This document shows, in pieces, positions 17,395 to 26,987 of a stretch of 64,000 nt of DNA. The stretch is taken from contig JAQBEH010000096.1 of assembly GCA_032124015.1 (NCBI GenBank), positions 11,027 through 75,026 on the forward strand, written 5' to 3'. A program made the translations under genes and the position numbers. The notes beneath the pieces were generated by a model. The model had not been told where the DNA came from. It saw only the letters and a program-made list of their open reading frames with translations, and searched no databases. The DNA is from Acidobacteriota bacterium (GTDB lineage: Bacteria; Acidobacteriota; Polarisedimenticolia; Polarisedimenticolales; DASRJG01). The first letter of the stretch is position 1; the number at the start of each line of letters is the position of its first letter.

Positions 17395-18453
17395 CTACGG
17401 CGAAGTCGCTCTCGTCACTGAATAACTTCCTCCGCGGGGGGCGAGCTTGCCCATCGTCAGCGCCCGCGCGAAACGGAAAAGGTCTCCTGCCGTGGACATG
17501 CCGCCCCCGGCGGAGGTTCCGCGAGTCCCTTCGGAGCGGACGAACTCGAAGTAGTCGCGCCCCGAAACCGCCTCGATGAGTGCTCCGAGCACCACGTAAC
17601 CGGTGTTGCTGTAGCGCATGCCGTCTTCGGGTTTGCCTTCGATCTTGGACGCGCGCACCAGCTCGCGATAGGCGGACAACGAGCGCGCCGATCGGAGCTT
17701 GGGGTCGGTCTCGATCTGGTCGAGGTAATCCTCCAACCCCGAGGTGTGCGTCAGCAGTTGCTCGACGAGTTTTGCTACCGCCACGGCCGTGAACATCTTG
17801 TTCATCGACGCCAAGCCGAACACGGTGTCGTTCGTGTTCGGTATGTGATTCGCGCGGTCGGCTTCCCCCGCCGTCTTTTGCAAGACCACCTCGTTTCCGC
17901 GCGCGAGCAGGACCACCCCCGAGAATTCGCCGCTGCCCGCGAGTCGGTCGACCTCCTTCCCGTAGGTCTCGATCGCCTCCGCGGGAGTCAGAGTCACGGT
18001 TTCCTTCGGAAGATCCTCGGCCTGAGCGGGGAGGATGAACAACCCAAGGACGAGGTGCGGCGGCGCCTTGTCGACCGTCAGATTGAATCGGAAGATGCGC
18101 GTGGGCTGCGCGACCGACCGGATGACGGCGACCACGCTATCCGGTGCGGGAGCGATCGTGCGGAGCACGTCGAATCCGCGGTGGCGGTGCGCGAGGTCCA
18201 TCAAGAAAGGACGGATCCCCGGATCGCCGGGACCGGCTTTCCGCATGGACTTGGAAAACGACGCGTCGACGTAGGTCCGCAGGCGGGCTTCGTCCCCGCT
18301 TCGGATCAGGGCCATCAACTCGTCGAGCCGGTCGATCGCTGGATGCTCGGCGGCAACCGCGGCCGCTAGTAGGAACGCGACAACCCCGAGGAAATGGCGA
18401 GGGGTTACTTCCGGCCGGTGATCACGAAGTGAGCCCGCCGGTTCCGGCTCCAA
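17395..18453 (-). CDS. Serine hydrolase of the beta-lactamase/transpeptidase-like family, atypically short and possibly degenerate
   Basis: In frame in track ORF 17395..18981, whose first ~176 codons overlap pal in another frame. SMNK (SxxK) and YSNTGY (YxN) are present. The protein ends right after ...STAGDLFRFARALTMGKL, with no KTG/HxG-type third motif. The signal-like HFLGVVAFLLAAAVAAE is reachable only from TTG 18453. The next ATG is 18315. Confidence 0.5.
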   Translation of the reverse strand: MEPEPAGSLRDHRPEVTPRHFLGVVAFLLAAAVAAEHPAIDRLDELMALIRSGDEARLRTYVDASFSKSMRKAGPGDPGIRPFLMDLAHRHRGFDVLRTIAPAPDSVVAVIRSVAQPTRIFRFNLTVDKAPPHLVLGLFILPAQAEDLPKETVTLTPAEAIETYGKEVDRLAGSGEFSGVVLLARGNEVVLQKTAGEADRANHIPNTNDTVFGLASMNKMFTAVAVAKLVEQLLTHTSGLEDYLDQIETDPKLRSARSLSAYRELVRASKIEGKPEDGMRYSNTGYVVLGALIEAVSGRDYFEFVRSEGTRGTSAGGGMSTAGDLFRFARALTMGKLAPRGGSYSVTRATSP

Positions 18454-18965
18454 CAGGATTCGTTCGATTCGCTGCAGACCGGGCGTTCTTTGCCGTACGT
18501 CACGGTCTGCATTCTTCCGTCCGCGACACCGAGGGTCGACACGTAGTTCTTCGCCGACGTCGCCCTGCGATCGCCCAGGGCAAGGTTGTATCCGATCGAA
18601 CCGCGCTCGTCGCAGTGACCTTCGACCGTGAACTCGAACTGCACGTTCGCCTTCATGAACTCCGCATTCCGCTGCAGCCGCGACCGCGCGTCGTCCCTGA
18701 TCTCGTCGCGATCGTAGTCGTAGAAGACGTCCCCGATGAGTCCTTGCTCTTGGACGTAGCGATTGACGGAGTCCAGGTCTCCATCGAGCGGATTGGGCGC
18801 CGGGGCAGGAGGAGGCTCCGGTGCGGGAGGCGGCGGAGGCGCGGGGGCTTCGACCGGAGGCGGAGGCGGCGGAGGCGGCGTCGAAACGGCAGGTTTCTTT
18901 GCACAGCCGGCCAGCACGACGACGATCGAGAGGGTGCAGGCGGCGATGATCGAAGGTGTACGCAT
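18405..18965 (-). CDS. pal: Peptidoglycan-associated lipoprotein (OmpA-family C-terminal domain) with a Pro-rich linker
   Basis: Track ORF, 186 aa. Lipobox VLAGC. Poly-Pro linker. ...VEGHCDERGSIGYNLALGDRRA... is the OmpA/Pal peptidoglycan-binding motif. Confidence 0.9.
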   Translation of the reverse strand: MRTPSIIAACTLSIVVVLAGCAKKPAVSTPPPPPPPPVEAPAPPPPPAPEPPPAPAPNPLDGDLDSVNRYVQEQGLIGDVFYDYDRDEIRDDARSRLQRNAEFMKANVQFEFTVEGHCDERGSIGYNLALGDRRATSAKNYVSTLGVADGRMQTVTYGKERPVCSESNESCWSRNRRAHFVITGRK

Positions 18966-19042
18966 CGTTGATTCTCCTCAAAAGTGGTAGGCATCTGTAT
19001 GCTATCGCCTCGAGGGTGGGCGATCAAGCGTGGGCTGAGGAC

Positions 19043-20821
19043 CTAGAACGGAAAGAACCGAGGGATGAGGACGACGGCGATCACGAGCAGAATCACGTTG
19101 AGAAGGGATCCGACGCGCGCAAAATCCGAGAACTTGTAACCACCCGGCCCCAGCACCATCGCGTTGGTCTGATACCCGATCGGCGTGAGGAACGACGCCG
19201 ACGCGCCGAATATCACGGCGACGAGAAGAGGGCGCGGGTCGGCGCCCATTTGGACCGCGCTCGCAATGGCGAGCGGAGCGAGAAGCGCGGCCGACGCGTT
19301 GTTCGACATGATTTGTGTCAGAACGGTCGTCACCACATAGAAACCCGCGAGGATCGCCGTCGGCCCCCACGCGCCCAACGTACCGACGATGCCCTCCGCC
19401 AGGAGGCTCGCCGCACCGGTTTTCTCGAGCGCCGTACCGAGCGGGATCACGCCCGCGAGCAGGAAGATGACCTTCCAGTCGATCGCGGCGTACGCCTGTT
19501 CCATGGTCACCACGCGTCCCAGGACCAGCGCCGCGCAACCCGCGATCGCGAGGATGAGGATCGGCGCGACTCCGGTCGACGCGCCGACCACGATTCCAGC
19601 CACGATCGCCAGTGTCGCCAAGGCCCGCGGCCAGGCGATCTTCCAGCTGCGCACCTCTTCGAGGAGGATGAGCTCGTCGCTTTTTTCGAGTCGGTCGAGC
19701 GCCGGTCGGGGCCCTTGGAGCAACAGCACGTCACCGACGGCAAGTCGGAGCTTGCCGACCCTCAGAACCTCGAGGCGGTCGTGGTGCCGGATCGCCAACG
19801 CCTGGCAGTCGCGAGCCTGGCGAAACCGCAATTCCTCGAGTGTCCGGCCGACCAAGGGCGACGCCGGCGGGACGATGCATTCGACGAAGCCCAGGCCACC
19901 ACCACTCCGGGCCGCATCGTGGAGACGCATGTCGCGACGGAACCCCAGCCCGTGCGATCGTCCCGCCAACAGCACGTCGTCCTTCGATCCGATGATGAGT
20001 AGCGTGTCTCCTTCCCGCAGCAACTCGCCTGCGCGCGGAAGATGACGTTCGCCGCCCTCACGGATGATCTCGAGCACCGTCACGTCGAAGCGCAGCCGCG
20101 AGGTGAGGTCTCCGAGTTCCCGCCCCACCACGTTCGATCCCGGTTCGACCACCAGCTCGGCTAGATACGTTCCCGTCGAAGATCCGGCGCCGGCTGAGGC
20201 GCGACCCGCCTCGCCCCGGCGGCGCAGGAGGAACGGTCCCACCAGCGTGAGATAGGCGATCGCCACGATCGTGAAGACGATGCCGAGGCGCGTGAACTCG
20301 AACATGCCGAAAGGCCGCAATCCCGCCCTCATCGCGATGTCCGCAACGAGGATGTTGGTCGACGTTCCGATCAGCGTGCACAACCCGCCCGTTTGAGAGG
20401 CGAACGAGAGCGGCATCAGCAGGCGGTGCGGGTCCACGCCCCGGGACCGTTCGAGGCCGAGGACGATGGGGATGAACACGGCGACCGCGGCCGTGTTGTT
20501 CACGAAGGCGGACACCGCCGCCACGAGGACGATGATCGCGAGGTACAAGAGCCACGGCGTGCGACCCAGCGCGCCTCCGAGCACCGCCGTAATCCCCTCA
20601 ACGAGCCCCGTGTGCCGGAATGCGCCCGAGATCACGAACATCGCCGCCACCGTCGCCGTCGCGGGATTCGAGAATCCGGACAGCGCCTCCTCGGGCGTGA
20701 CGATGCCCGAGAGTCCGAGCGCGACGAGCACGATGATGGCCACCACATCGACGCGCACCGCTTCCGTCGCGAAGAGGATCGCGACGGACACCACGAGCAA
20801 CAGTACGGCGATGATCTCCAT
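19043..20821 (-). CDS. SLC13/DASS-family anion permease with two central TrkA-C (RCK_C) domains
   Basis: Track ORF, 592 aa. Hydrophobic N- and C-terminal halves flank two soluble repeats (...VVGRELGDL..., ...LVGRTLEEL...). Confidence 0.85.
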   Translation of the reverse strand: MEIIAVLLLVVSVAILFATEAVRVDVVAIIVLVALGLSGIVTPEEALSGFSNPATATVAAMFVISGAFRHTGLVEGITAVLGGALGRTPWLLYLAIIVLVAAVSAFVNNTAAVAVFIPIVLGLERSRGVDPHRLLMPLSFASQTGGLCTLIGTSTNILVADIAMRAGLRPFGMFEFTRLGIVFTIVAIAYLTLVGPFLLRRRGEAGRASAGAGSSTGTYLAELVVEPGSNVVGRELGDLTSRLRFDVTVLEIIREGGERHLPRAGELLREGDTLLIIGSKDDVLLAGRSHGLGFRRDMRLHDAARSGGGLGFVECIVPPASPLVGRTLEELRFRQARDCQALAIRHHDRLEVLRVGKLRLAVGDVLLLQGPRPALDRLEKSDELILLEEVRSWKIAWPRALATLAIVAGIVVGASTGVAPILILAIAGCAALVLGRVVTMEQAYAAIDWKVIFLLAGVIPLGTALEKTGAASLLAEGIVGTLGAWGPTAILAGFYVVTTVLTQIMSNNASAALLAPLAIASAVQMGADPRPLLVAVIFGASASFLTPIGYQTNAMVLGPGGYKFSDFARVGSLLNVILLVIAVVLIPRFFPF

Positions 20822-20935
20822 TGGGGCGAAGCCTTTCAGGCCCCATCATGCAACAATCCGGTCCCAGGTTGTCCAGGGATCTGTCAAGATCACGACGATG
20901 TCGCGGCCCCAACGGCCGTGCCTGGAGGATGTCCC

Positions 20936-21814
20936 ATGCCGCAGTCCACGCCCGGTCCGCTCAGCCCCGTCCTCGACCACGTTTTGTTCGAACTCGGCGG
21001 CACACCCATCACGGTCGAACGGGCCGTCACCGCGGCCGTTGTCCTCGCGGCCGCGTGGGTGCTGTCGGTCGTCATTCGGCGGGGCCTCGTGCGGGGCCTG
21101 CGCACTCGCGGCGTGACGAACGAGGGAACGCTCGCCGCCACGAACCGGCTCACGCACTACGCGGTCATCGTCGTCGGCCTCGGCCTCGCGATGAAGACCC
21201 TCGGCGTCGACATTTCGACGCTGTTCGCCGCCGGCGCGGTCTTCGCGCTCGGCCTCAGTTTCGCGATGCAAAACATCGCGCAGAATTTCGTCTCCGGGGT
21301 CATTTTGCTCCTCGAGCAATCGATCAAGCCGGGCGACATCCTCGAAGTGGAAGGCCGCGTCGTCAAAGTACGCGAGATGGGCATTCGGGCCACGTACGCG
21401 CGGACGCTCGACGACGAGGTCATCATCGTGCCCAACTCCACGATCGTGCAATCGACCGTCAAGAGCTACACGCTTCGCGATTCTCACTATCGGCTGAGGA
21501 TGCAGGTCGGCGTGGCCTACGAATCCGACATGGTTCTCGTTCGCAAGACCTTGGAGACCACGGCCGCGACATTCCAGGCGCGCATCGCGAGCTTGGAGCC
21601 TCGCGTGATCCTCGTCGAATTCGGGAATTCCTCCGTCGTGTGGGAAGTCTCGGTGTGGATCGACGACCCGTGGCGGATGAGAAGCCTGAAGAGCGGACTT
21701 CAGGAGGCGATCTGGGCGGCGTTTCGCGACAACCACATCACGATCGCGTACCCCCAGCTCGACGTCCATGTCGACGCCCGGCTCCTCGAGGCGATCGCCA
21801 AGCGCGCCGCCTGA
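20936..21814 (+). CDS. Small-conductance mechanosensitive channel (MscS family)
   Basis: In frame in track ORF 20393..21814. I chose ATG 20936 because the upstream part is antisense to the SLC13 gene. AQNFVSGVILLLEQSIKPGDILEV is MscS pore-helix and beta-domain sequence. Confidence 0.85.
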   Translation: MPQSTPGPLSPVLDHVLFELGGTPITVERAVTAAVVLAAAWVLSVVIRRGLVRGLRTRGVTNEGTLAATNRLTHYAVIVVGLGLAMKTLGVDISTLFAAGAVFALGLSFAMQNIAQNFVSGVILLLEQSIKPGDILEVEGRVVKVREMGIRATYARTLDDEVIIVPNSTIVQSTVKSYTLRDSHYRLRMQVGVAYESDMVLVRKTLETTAATFQARIASLEPRVILVEFGNSSVVWEVSVWIDDPWRMRSLKSGLQEAIWAAFRDNHITIAYPQLDVHVDARLLEAIAKRAA

Positions 21815-21819
21815 TCGCG

Positions 21820-24129
21820 TCAGTCGGGACGCGGGGCAACCGAAGCGAGTTCCTTCGCGAACGTCTCCGGGTCGGTCGTCGGGAGCCGGCAGACACCGCG
21901 CTCGCATACGTAGGCGGTCGCCTTCCCCTTCGCCGCGACCTTGCCCTCGAGAAGGGGCATGCGTTTCACTTGGGCGTCAAGATCCGCTCCCTGAACCGCG
22001 ACCGCCAGAATCCGGTTAGGGACGAACGCCTTGCGCAGGCGCGCGAGGAACGGTTCCGCCTCCGCGCGCGACGACGGAGTCACGATCAGAATCTCTTTGG
22101 GAACTCCAACGCGGAAGTCGAGGGCGATCAGCATCTCGGACAGGGACAACGGCTGCCTCTTCAGCGTTCCGCCGAATGCCCGTAAGAGCCGATCGGCCTT
22201 GACGCGATAGCCGTCGTCGGTCGTCATCTCGCCGAGCCGAAGGAGGTTCATCAACGCGACGGAGTTCCCCGAGGGCTCGGCGCCGTCGTAGTCCGGCTTT
22301 TCTCTCGCCAGAAGTGTCTCGTGGCGGCCGCTCGTGGCGAAGTAGCCGCCGCCCTCGGCGTCCGCGAATCCCTCGTCGAGTACCTTTTGCAGGCCGATGG
22401 CGTCACCGAGGCGCTGCACGTTTCCCGTCGCTTCGTAGAGATCGAGCAGGGCCTGGATCATGAAGGCGTAATCGTCGAGGTATCCGTCGAGACGTCCCCG
22501 GCCGTCCTTGTAGCTGCGTAGGAGGCGGCCGTCGACCCGGAGTTTCGCCAGCACAAAATCGGCCGCGCGCGAGGCCCGGTGAATATCGTCCGCATCGTCC
22601 AAGACCATCCCACCCCTGGCGAACGCGGAGATCATCAGGCCGTTCCACGACGTCAGGATCTTGTCGTCCCGCAAGGGATGCGGCCGCTTGTCCCGTACGG
22701 CAAGAAGCGTTGGAGTTGCACCGGAGACGATACGCCGGAGCTGGTCAGGCGCGATCCCGAGCCGCCTTGCGATGTCTTCGGCGGAGCGTTCGAGGTGAAG
22801 AATGTTCCTCCGATCGAAGTTCCCTTCCGTGGTGACGCCGTACCAGGCGGCAACGGCGGGTGCCCGTTTCGGACCCAGTGCGGCCGCGAGCTCGGCCGGC
22901 GTCCACGTGAAGAACCAGCCCTCCTCGATTTCCCCTTCGGACGTCAAACTGTCGGCGTCCGTCGCCGAATAGAAGCCGCCCTCGGGTGCGGTCATCTCCC
23001 GCGCGACGTAGCCCAGGATGTCGCGGGCCACGTCAGCGAATTCCTGCCGGCCGGTCGCCTGATACCCCTCGAGATACACAATCGTAAGCAACGCGTTGTC
23101 GTAGAGCATCTTCTCGAAGTGCGGCACGAGCCAGACGGGGTCGGTCGCGTAGCGGTGAAATCCCCCGCCGATCTGGTCGTGAATCCCGCCTGCGGCCATC
23201 TTCTCGAGGGTGAGCGCGGCCATCCGGAGCGCTTCGGCTTCTCCGGTACGTTTGTACTGACGCAGGAGGAGGCGGATGGGCAGGCTGCTCGGGAACTTGG
23301 GAGCTCCCGCGGTGCCGCCGTTTGTCGCGTCGAAGCGCTGCTTCGAGGCGTTGAATGCCACGGACAGCGTTGCCGCGTTCGGGATGTCACCGGACGCCGA
23401 TCCGGTCAGCCGCCCCCGGATGCTCGTCGCGAGCCGCTCTCCTTCCGATGCGATCTTGTCGGGATCGGCAGCGTACTTGTCGGCGAGGACGCGGATGATC
23501 GTTGCGAACCCGGTGCGCGCGCCCCGATCGCCGTCACGCGCAGGGAAGTACGTTCCCCCGTAGAACGGCTTGCGGTCGGGCGTCAGCCACACCGTCATCG
23601 GCCATCCGCCACGCCCCGTGAGCGCCTGCACCGCGCTCATGTAGACCGCGTCGATGTCCGGCCGTTCTTCCCGATCGACTTTGATCACGATGTAGTGCTC
23701 GTTGAGGTAACGGGCGATCTCTTCATCTTCGAACGACTCGGCCTCCATGACGTGACACCAGTGGCACGTCGAGTAGCCGATGCTCAGCAGAACCGGACGG
23801 CCCAGACGCTTCGCGGTCTCGAACGCCTCGTCACCCCACGGGTACCAGTTGACCGGGTTGTGAGCGTGCTGGTTGAGGTACGGGCTCGACTCCAGGATGA
23901 GTCGATTCGTGTACGTCGGGCTTCCGTCCGGTTGGAGATGGTGGGTGCGAGGCTTGTACGCCGGTCCCTTCGCCGCCACGGCCTGCTTCAACTGCGCCTT
24001 GAGCTCCGGAGAAAACGACGGTGCCCCCGGGGGCCCTTCGACCGGGACCGGGGCCGTGTCCGATCCGGCCGCGCAGGCCGACGAAATCAAGAAGGCGACG
24101 AGACAGGATGCGGCCAGCGGGTGGTTCAC
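21820..24129 (-). CDS. Thioredoxin-fold plus (alpha/alpha)6-barrel protein (DUF255/YyaL-SSP411 family), predicted lipoprotein
   Basis: Track ORF 21820..24336. GTG 24129 overlaps the treY stop (GTGA) and gives [19 protein letters not shown] (lipobox-like). The N-terminal thioredoxin-like region contains [10 protein letters not shown]. Confidence 0.85.
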   Translation of the reverse strand: MNHPLAASCLVAFLISSACAAGSDTAPVPVEGPPGAPSFSPELKAQLKQAVAAKGPAYKPRTHHLQPDGSPTYTNRLILESSPYLNQHAHNPVNWYPWGDEAFETAKRLGRPVLLSIGYSTCHWCHVMEAESFEDEEIARYLNEHYIVIKVDREERPDIDAVYMSAVQALTGRGGWPMTVWLTPDRKPFYGGTYFPARDGDRGARTGFATIIRVLADKYAADPDKIASEGERLATSIRGRLTGSASGDIPNAATLSVAFNASKQRFDATNGGTAGAPKFPSSLPIRLLLRQYKRTGEAEALRMAALTLEKMAAGGIHDQIGGGFHRYATDPVWLVPHFEKMLYDNALLTIVYLEGYQATGRQEFADVARDILGYVAREMTAPEGGFYSATDADSLTSEGEIEEGWFFTWTPAELAAALGPKRAPAVAAWYGVTTEGNFDRRNILHLERSAEDIARRLGIAPDQLRRIVSGATPTLLAVRDKRPHPLRDDKILTSWNGLMISAFARGGMVLDDADDIHRASRAADFVLAKLRVDGRLLRSYKDGRGRLDGYLDDYAFMIQALLDLYEATGNVQRLGDAIGLQKVLDEGFADAEGGGYFATSGRHETLLAREKPDYDGAEPSGNSVALMNLLRLGEMTTDDGYRVKADRLLRAFGGTLKRQPLSLSEMLIALDFRVGVPKEILIVTPSSRAEAEPFLARLRKAFVPNRILAVAVQGADLDAQVKRMPLLEGKVAAKGKATAYVCERGVCRLPTTDPETFAKELASVAPRPD

Positions 24130-26987
24130 GACATGCTCGTTTCCGCCGCGAGAAGCGCGACCGGGAAGGTCTCGAAGACGTCGCGAAGCGGGAGAATCCG
24201 GCTTCGCCCCGATTTTTCCGCGCGCAGGCGCTCTCCGGTCAGTACGTTCGCATAGGTTTCCGGCGCTCCGGGAGGAAGGACAAGGGAGGCCTCGCCCCAG
24301 ACCACGCCGCCCACGGGTGGACGCCCGTTGACGCAAAACGGCGCGACGAGACGCGGGACGACGGCGAGGGCCCAGTCCGTTCCAAGCCTTCGCGCAAACG
24401 CGAGGACGTGGCGCGCATGGGATGAACTCGCGCGCATCGCGAGATACTCCCCCCGTGAGAAGAGCGGCTCATTGCGGCGGCGGAACGTGAGTCCCTCCGC
24501 GAGGAGAAAGAGCTTGATCCGCCCGTCCTCCCAGTGCCGGACGAGGTCCGACACGACCGAAGTGCGGTCGCGCCGAGCACGGGTCGCCAATTCTTCGAGC
24601 ATCGACCTCCTCCGTTCAAAGTCCACCGGCCTCCGGTTGTCGGGATCCACGAGCCGGAGGTCCCAAAGCTCGGATCCCTGGTAAACGTCCGGCACGCCGG
24701 GGGCCGCGATCTTGAGGAGCGTCTGAGCGAGACCGTTCCACGCGCCGCAACGCGAAAGCCCCGTCTGAAAGCTCTCGAGGTCGCGCAGAAACGGGTTGGC
24801 CCCCGCAGTGCGGAGCGTGCGGTCGACGAAGCGCGCGAGGGCCTCCTCGTGCTCGGCGTTCGGCGTCAGCCAACTCGTTCCCTCCTTCGCCTCCCTCGCC
24901 GCCTTCAAGACGTAGTCGCGGATGCGTTTCCGGAAGACCGGGGTGGCGCCCCCGGAGCTCGGCCACGCGCCGAGCAGCGTTTGGTAGTACAGCGCCTCCT
25001 CCGCGGGCGTCGGGACCTCGACGTTTTCCACTTTCGTCCGGTGGACCTTGTTGAGCCGCATCCACCTGGGGAGAAGGGAATCCCACGCCCTCGCGAGCTC
25101 CGAAAGGACGTAGAGGCGTGCGCGCACGTCTTCGCCCCTTTTCGTGTCGTGCGTTGCGGTCGCGTTGAGCGACAGCGGCATCTCTTTGAGGCGGCGGCGC
25201 ATCGCCGCGTGGAACGCGGCCACGCCGTCTCGCGGCACCGACGCCCCGCCGCCGACCTCGTTCAGCGCCGCCAGCGGAGCGTAGGCGTAGAAGGTCGAAT
25301 CCTCGACCCCCTTCGCGAAGACCGGCGCCGAGAGGGACTGGAATCCCTGCACGAACCTCTCCGCCTCGCGACGCGCCGCGTGGTTCTTCCGCGAAACCCC
25401 CTCGAAGAGCAGGGCCTTCTGGACGAGTCGCAACGCGGGCCGGGACACCGCCGGATCGGCTTTCCGTCCGTCGCGGATCGCGCGCCCCACGATGCTGCGG
25501 TTCGATGCCGCGATCGGCGCTCCGCGCGCGTAGGTCCTGTACACGGGAAAGGCGGCGAGGATCGTGCGGACCGCCCCTTCGAGTTCCTCGAGGGGAGGCG
25601 GATCGTCGCCCTGCGCGGCGGCGAAGTCGCGAAGCCGCAGCGCGAGCGCTCGCGTTTCTCCCGCGAAGTGCATGGCCGCGACCTGGCGCTTCTTGCGGAA
25701 CGTCATCTCTGCGAACCCGGCGGCGTCCCCCGTGACACGCTTCCATGTGCCGCGGAGCGCGCGGAAGCCGACGGGGTCCACGAGGGCCCCGGCCACGGCG
25801 GCCGCGAACTCGTATCCCGTCGTCCCGTCCACCGGCCAGGCCGGCGGGAGCCGTTCCCCTTCCGCCAAGATCTTCTCGACTACGATCGGCCGTCGCGCGC
25901 CGGCGCGACGGCGAAGGCGCACGAGATACTCCTCCGGATCGACGAGTCCATCCACGTGATCGACGCGTAGCCCGTCGATGGCCCCCTCCCGGAGAAGGCG
26001 GGTGAGCATCGCATGACGGGCCGCAAACACCGCCGGCCGCTCGATCCGGAGCGCGACGAGATCGGCCACGTTGAAGAAGCGCCGGTAGTTGATCTCGGCC
26101 GCCGCGCGTTTCCAAAAAACGAGGCGGTAGTGCTGCCGCGCGAGCAGGCGCTCGAACAGGCGCTCGCGGAGCGCTCCCCCTTTTTCCCCCGAAGCCTTGC
26201 GCGCGATACGTTGCAGCGCCGAGCGGATCTCGGGATGCGCGGCCCGCGCGGCGAGGAGGTTCTTCCGGATCGCGCGCTTTTCGGACGCGATCCGGTCCGC
26301 CGCCTTCGGGTCGCGCGCGATCTTCCGCTCACGCTCCGAACGATCGCCCAGGCGCTCGATGCGCGCGATCAGCCGGGACAAATCGATCGCCGCCCGGCTG
26401 GTCCGCTCGCGCTTCGGGAGATAGGACAGGGCCTCCGCGAGGACGATGCCGTAGGAGCCGACCGCGAGGGGTAGCCGCGCCTCGTAGTAGCGGAGGTGGA
26501 TGCCGTCATCGTCTAAGGCGAGGCCGAGTTCGCCGCGCTCGAGCACGGAACGGAGATCGTCCCCCAGGATCGGAAGGAGGAGCCGCTTTCTCGCGCCCCG
26601 GCCCTCGCCTTCCCAGTCGATGTCGAACCAGTCGGCGTAGGGCGAGAATCTTCCGTTCTCCAAGACATCGCGCCACCACGGGTTCTCTCCACTCGCGGCC
26701 ATGTGGTTCGGGACCACATCGAGTAGGAGCTTTAACCCGGCCCGCTTCGAGGATTCGGAAAGCGCCGCAAAACCGCGTTCACCTCCCAGTTCCTCCCGGA
26801 TGCGCGACGCGTCGGTGACGTCGTAGCCGTGGGGGCTCCCCGTCCGCGCGGCGAGGATCGGCGAGAGGTAGATCGTGCCCACGCCGAGTTGCTTCAGGTA
26901 ACCCGTCCATCCCGCGGCCTCGGCGAATCCGAACCCTGGCCGGAGCTGAAACCGGTAGGTCGATGGGAGCGTCCTCACGCCCTTCAT
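24126..26987 (-). CDS. treY: Malto-oligosyltrehalose synthase
   Basis: Track ORF 24126..27107. ATG 26987 ([15 protein letters not shown]...) overlaps the upstream stop (ATGA). [18 protein letters not shown] and DVVPNHMA are motifs typical of TreY. Confidence 0.9.
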   Translation of the reverse strand: MKGVRTLPSTYRFQLRPGFGFAEAAGWTGYLKQLGVGTIYLSPILAARTGSPHGYDVTDASRIREELGGERGFAALSESSKRAGLKLLLDVVPNHMAASGENPWWRDVLENGRFSPYADWFDIDWEGEGRGARKRLLLPILGDDLRSVLERGELGLALDDDGIHLRYYEARLPLAVGSYGIVLAEALSYLPKRERTSRAAIDLSRLIARIERLGDRSERERKIARDPKAADRIASEKRAIRKNLLAARAAHPEIRSALQRIARKASGEKGGALRERLFERLLARQHYRLVFWKRAAAEINYRRFFNVADLVALRIERPAVFAARHAMLTRLLREGAIDGLRVDHVDGLVDPEEYLVRLRRRAGARRPIVVEKILAEGERLPPAWPVDGTTGYEFAAAVAGALVDPVGFRALRGTWKRVTGDAAGFAEMTFRKKRQVAAMHFAGETRALALRLRDFAAAQGDDPPPLEELEGAVRTILAAFPVYRTYARGAPIAASNRSIVGRAIRDGRKADPAVSRPALRLVQKALLFEGVSRKNHAARREAERFVQGFQSLSAPVFAKGVEDSTFYAYAPLAALNEVGGGASVPRDGVAAFHAAMRRRLKEMPLSLNATATHDTKRGEDVRARLYVLSELARAWDSLLPRWMRLNKVHRTKVENVEVPTPAEEALYYQTLLGAWPSSGGATPVFRKRIRDYVLKAAREAKEGTSWLTPNAEHEEALARFVDRTLRTAGANPFLRDLESFQTGLSRCGAWNGLAQTLLKIAAPGVPDVYQGSELWDLRLVDPDNRRPVDFERRRSMLEELATRARRDRTSVVSDLVRHWEDGRIKLFLLAEGLTFRRRNEPLFSRGEYLAMRASSSHARHVLAFARRLGTDWALAVVPRLVAPFCVNGRPPVGGVVWGEASLVLPPGAPETYANVLTGERLRAEKSGRSRILPLRDVFETFPVALLAAETSMS

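Noticed and set aside
18795-18895. GGN/GCN-rich low-complexity DNA that looks like a tandem repeat
   Set aside because: It encodes the poly-Pro/Ala linker of the Pal lipoprotein on the minus strand. It is not an independent repeat element or a CRISPR-like array.
17395-18981. Full 528-aa version of the serine-hydrolase ORF
   Set aside because: The first ~176 codons overlap the well-supported pal gene in a different frame and are Arg-rich shadow sequence. Only the part downstream of 18453 looks like real protein.
20393-20935. N-terminal 181 codons of track ORF 20393..21814
   Set aside because: They are antisense to the SLC13 permease gene and are His/Arg/Asp-rich nonsense. The MscS-like sequence starts at ATG 20936.
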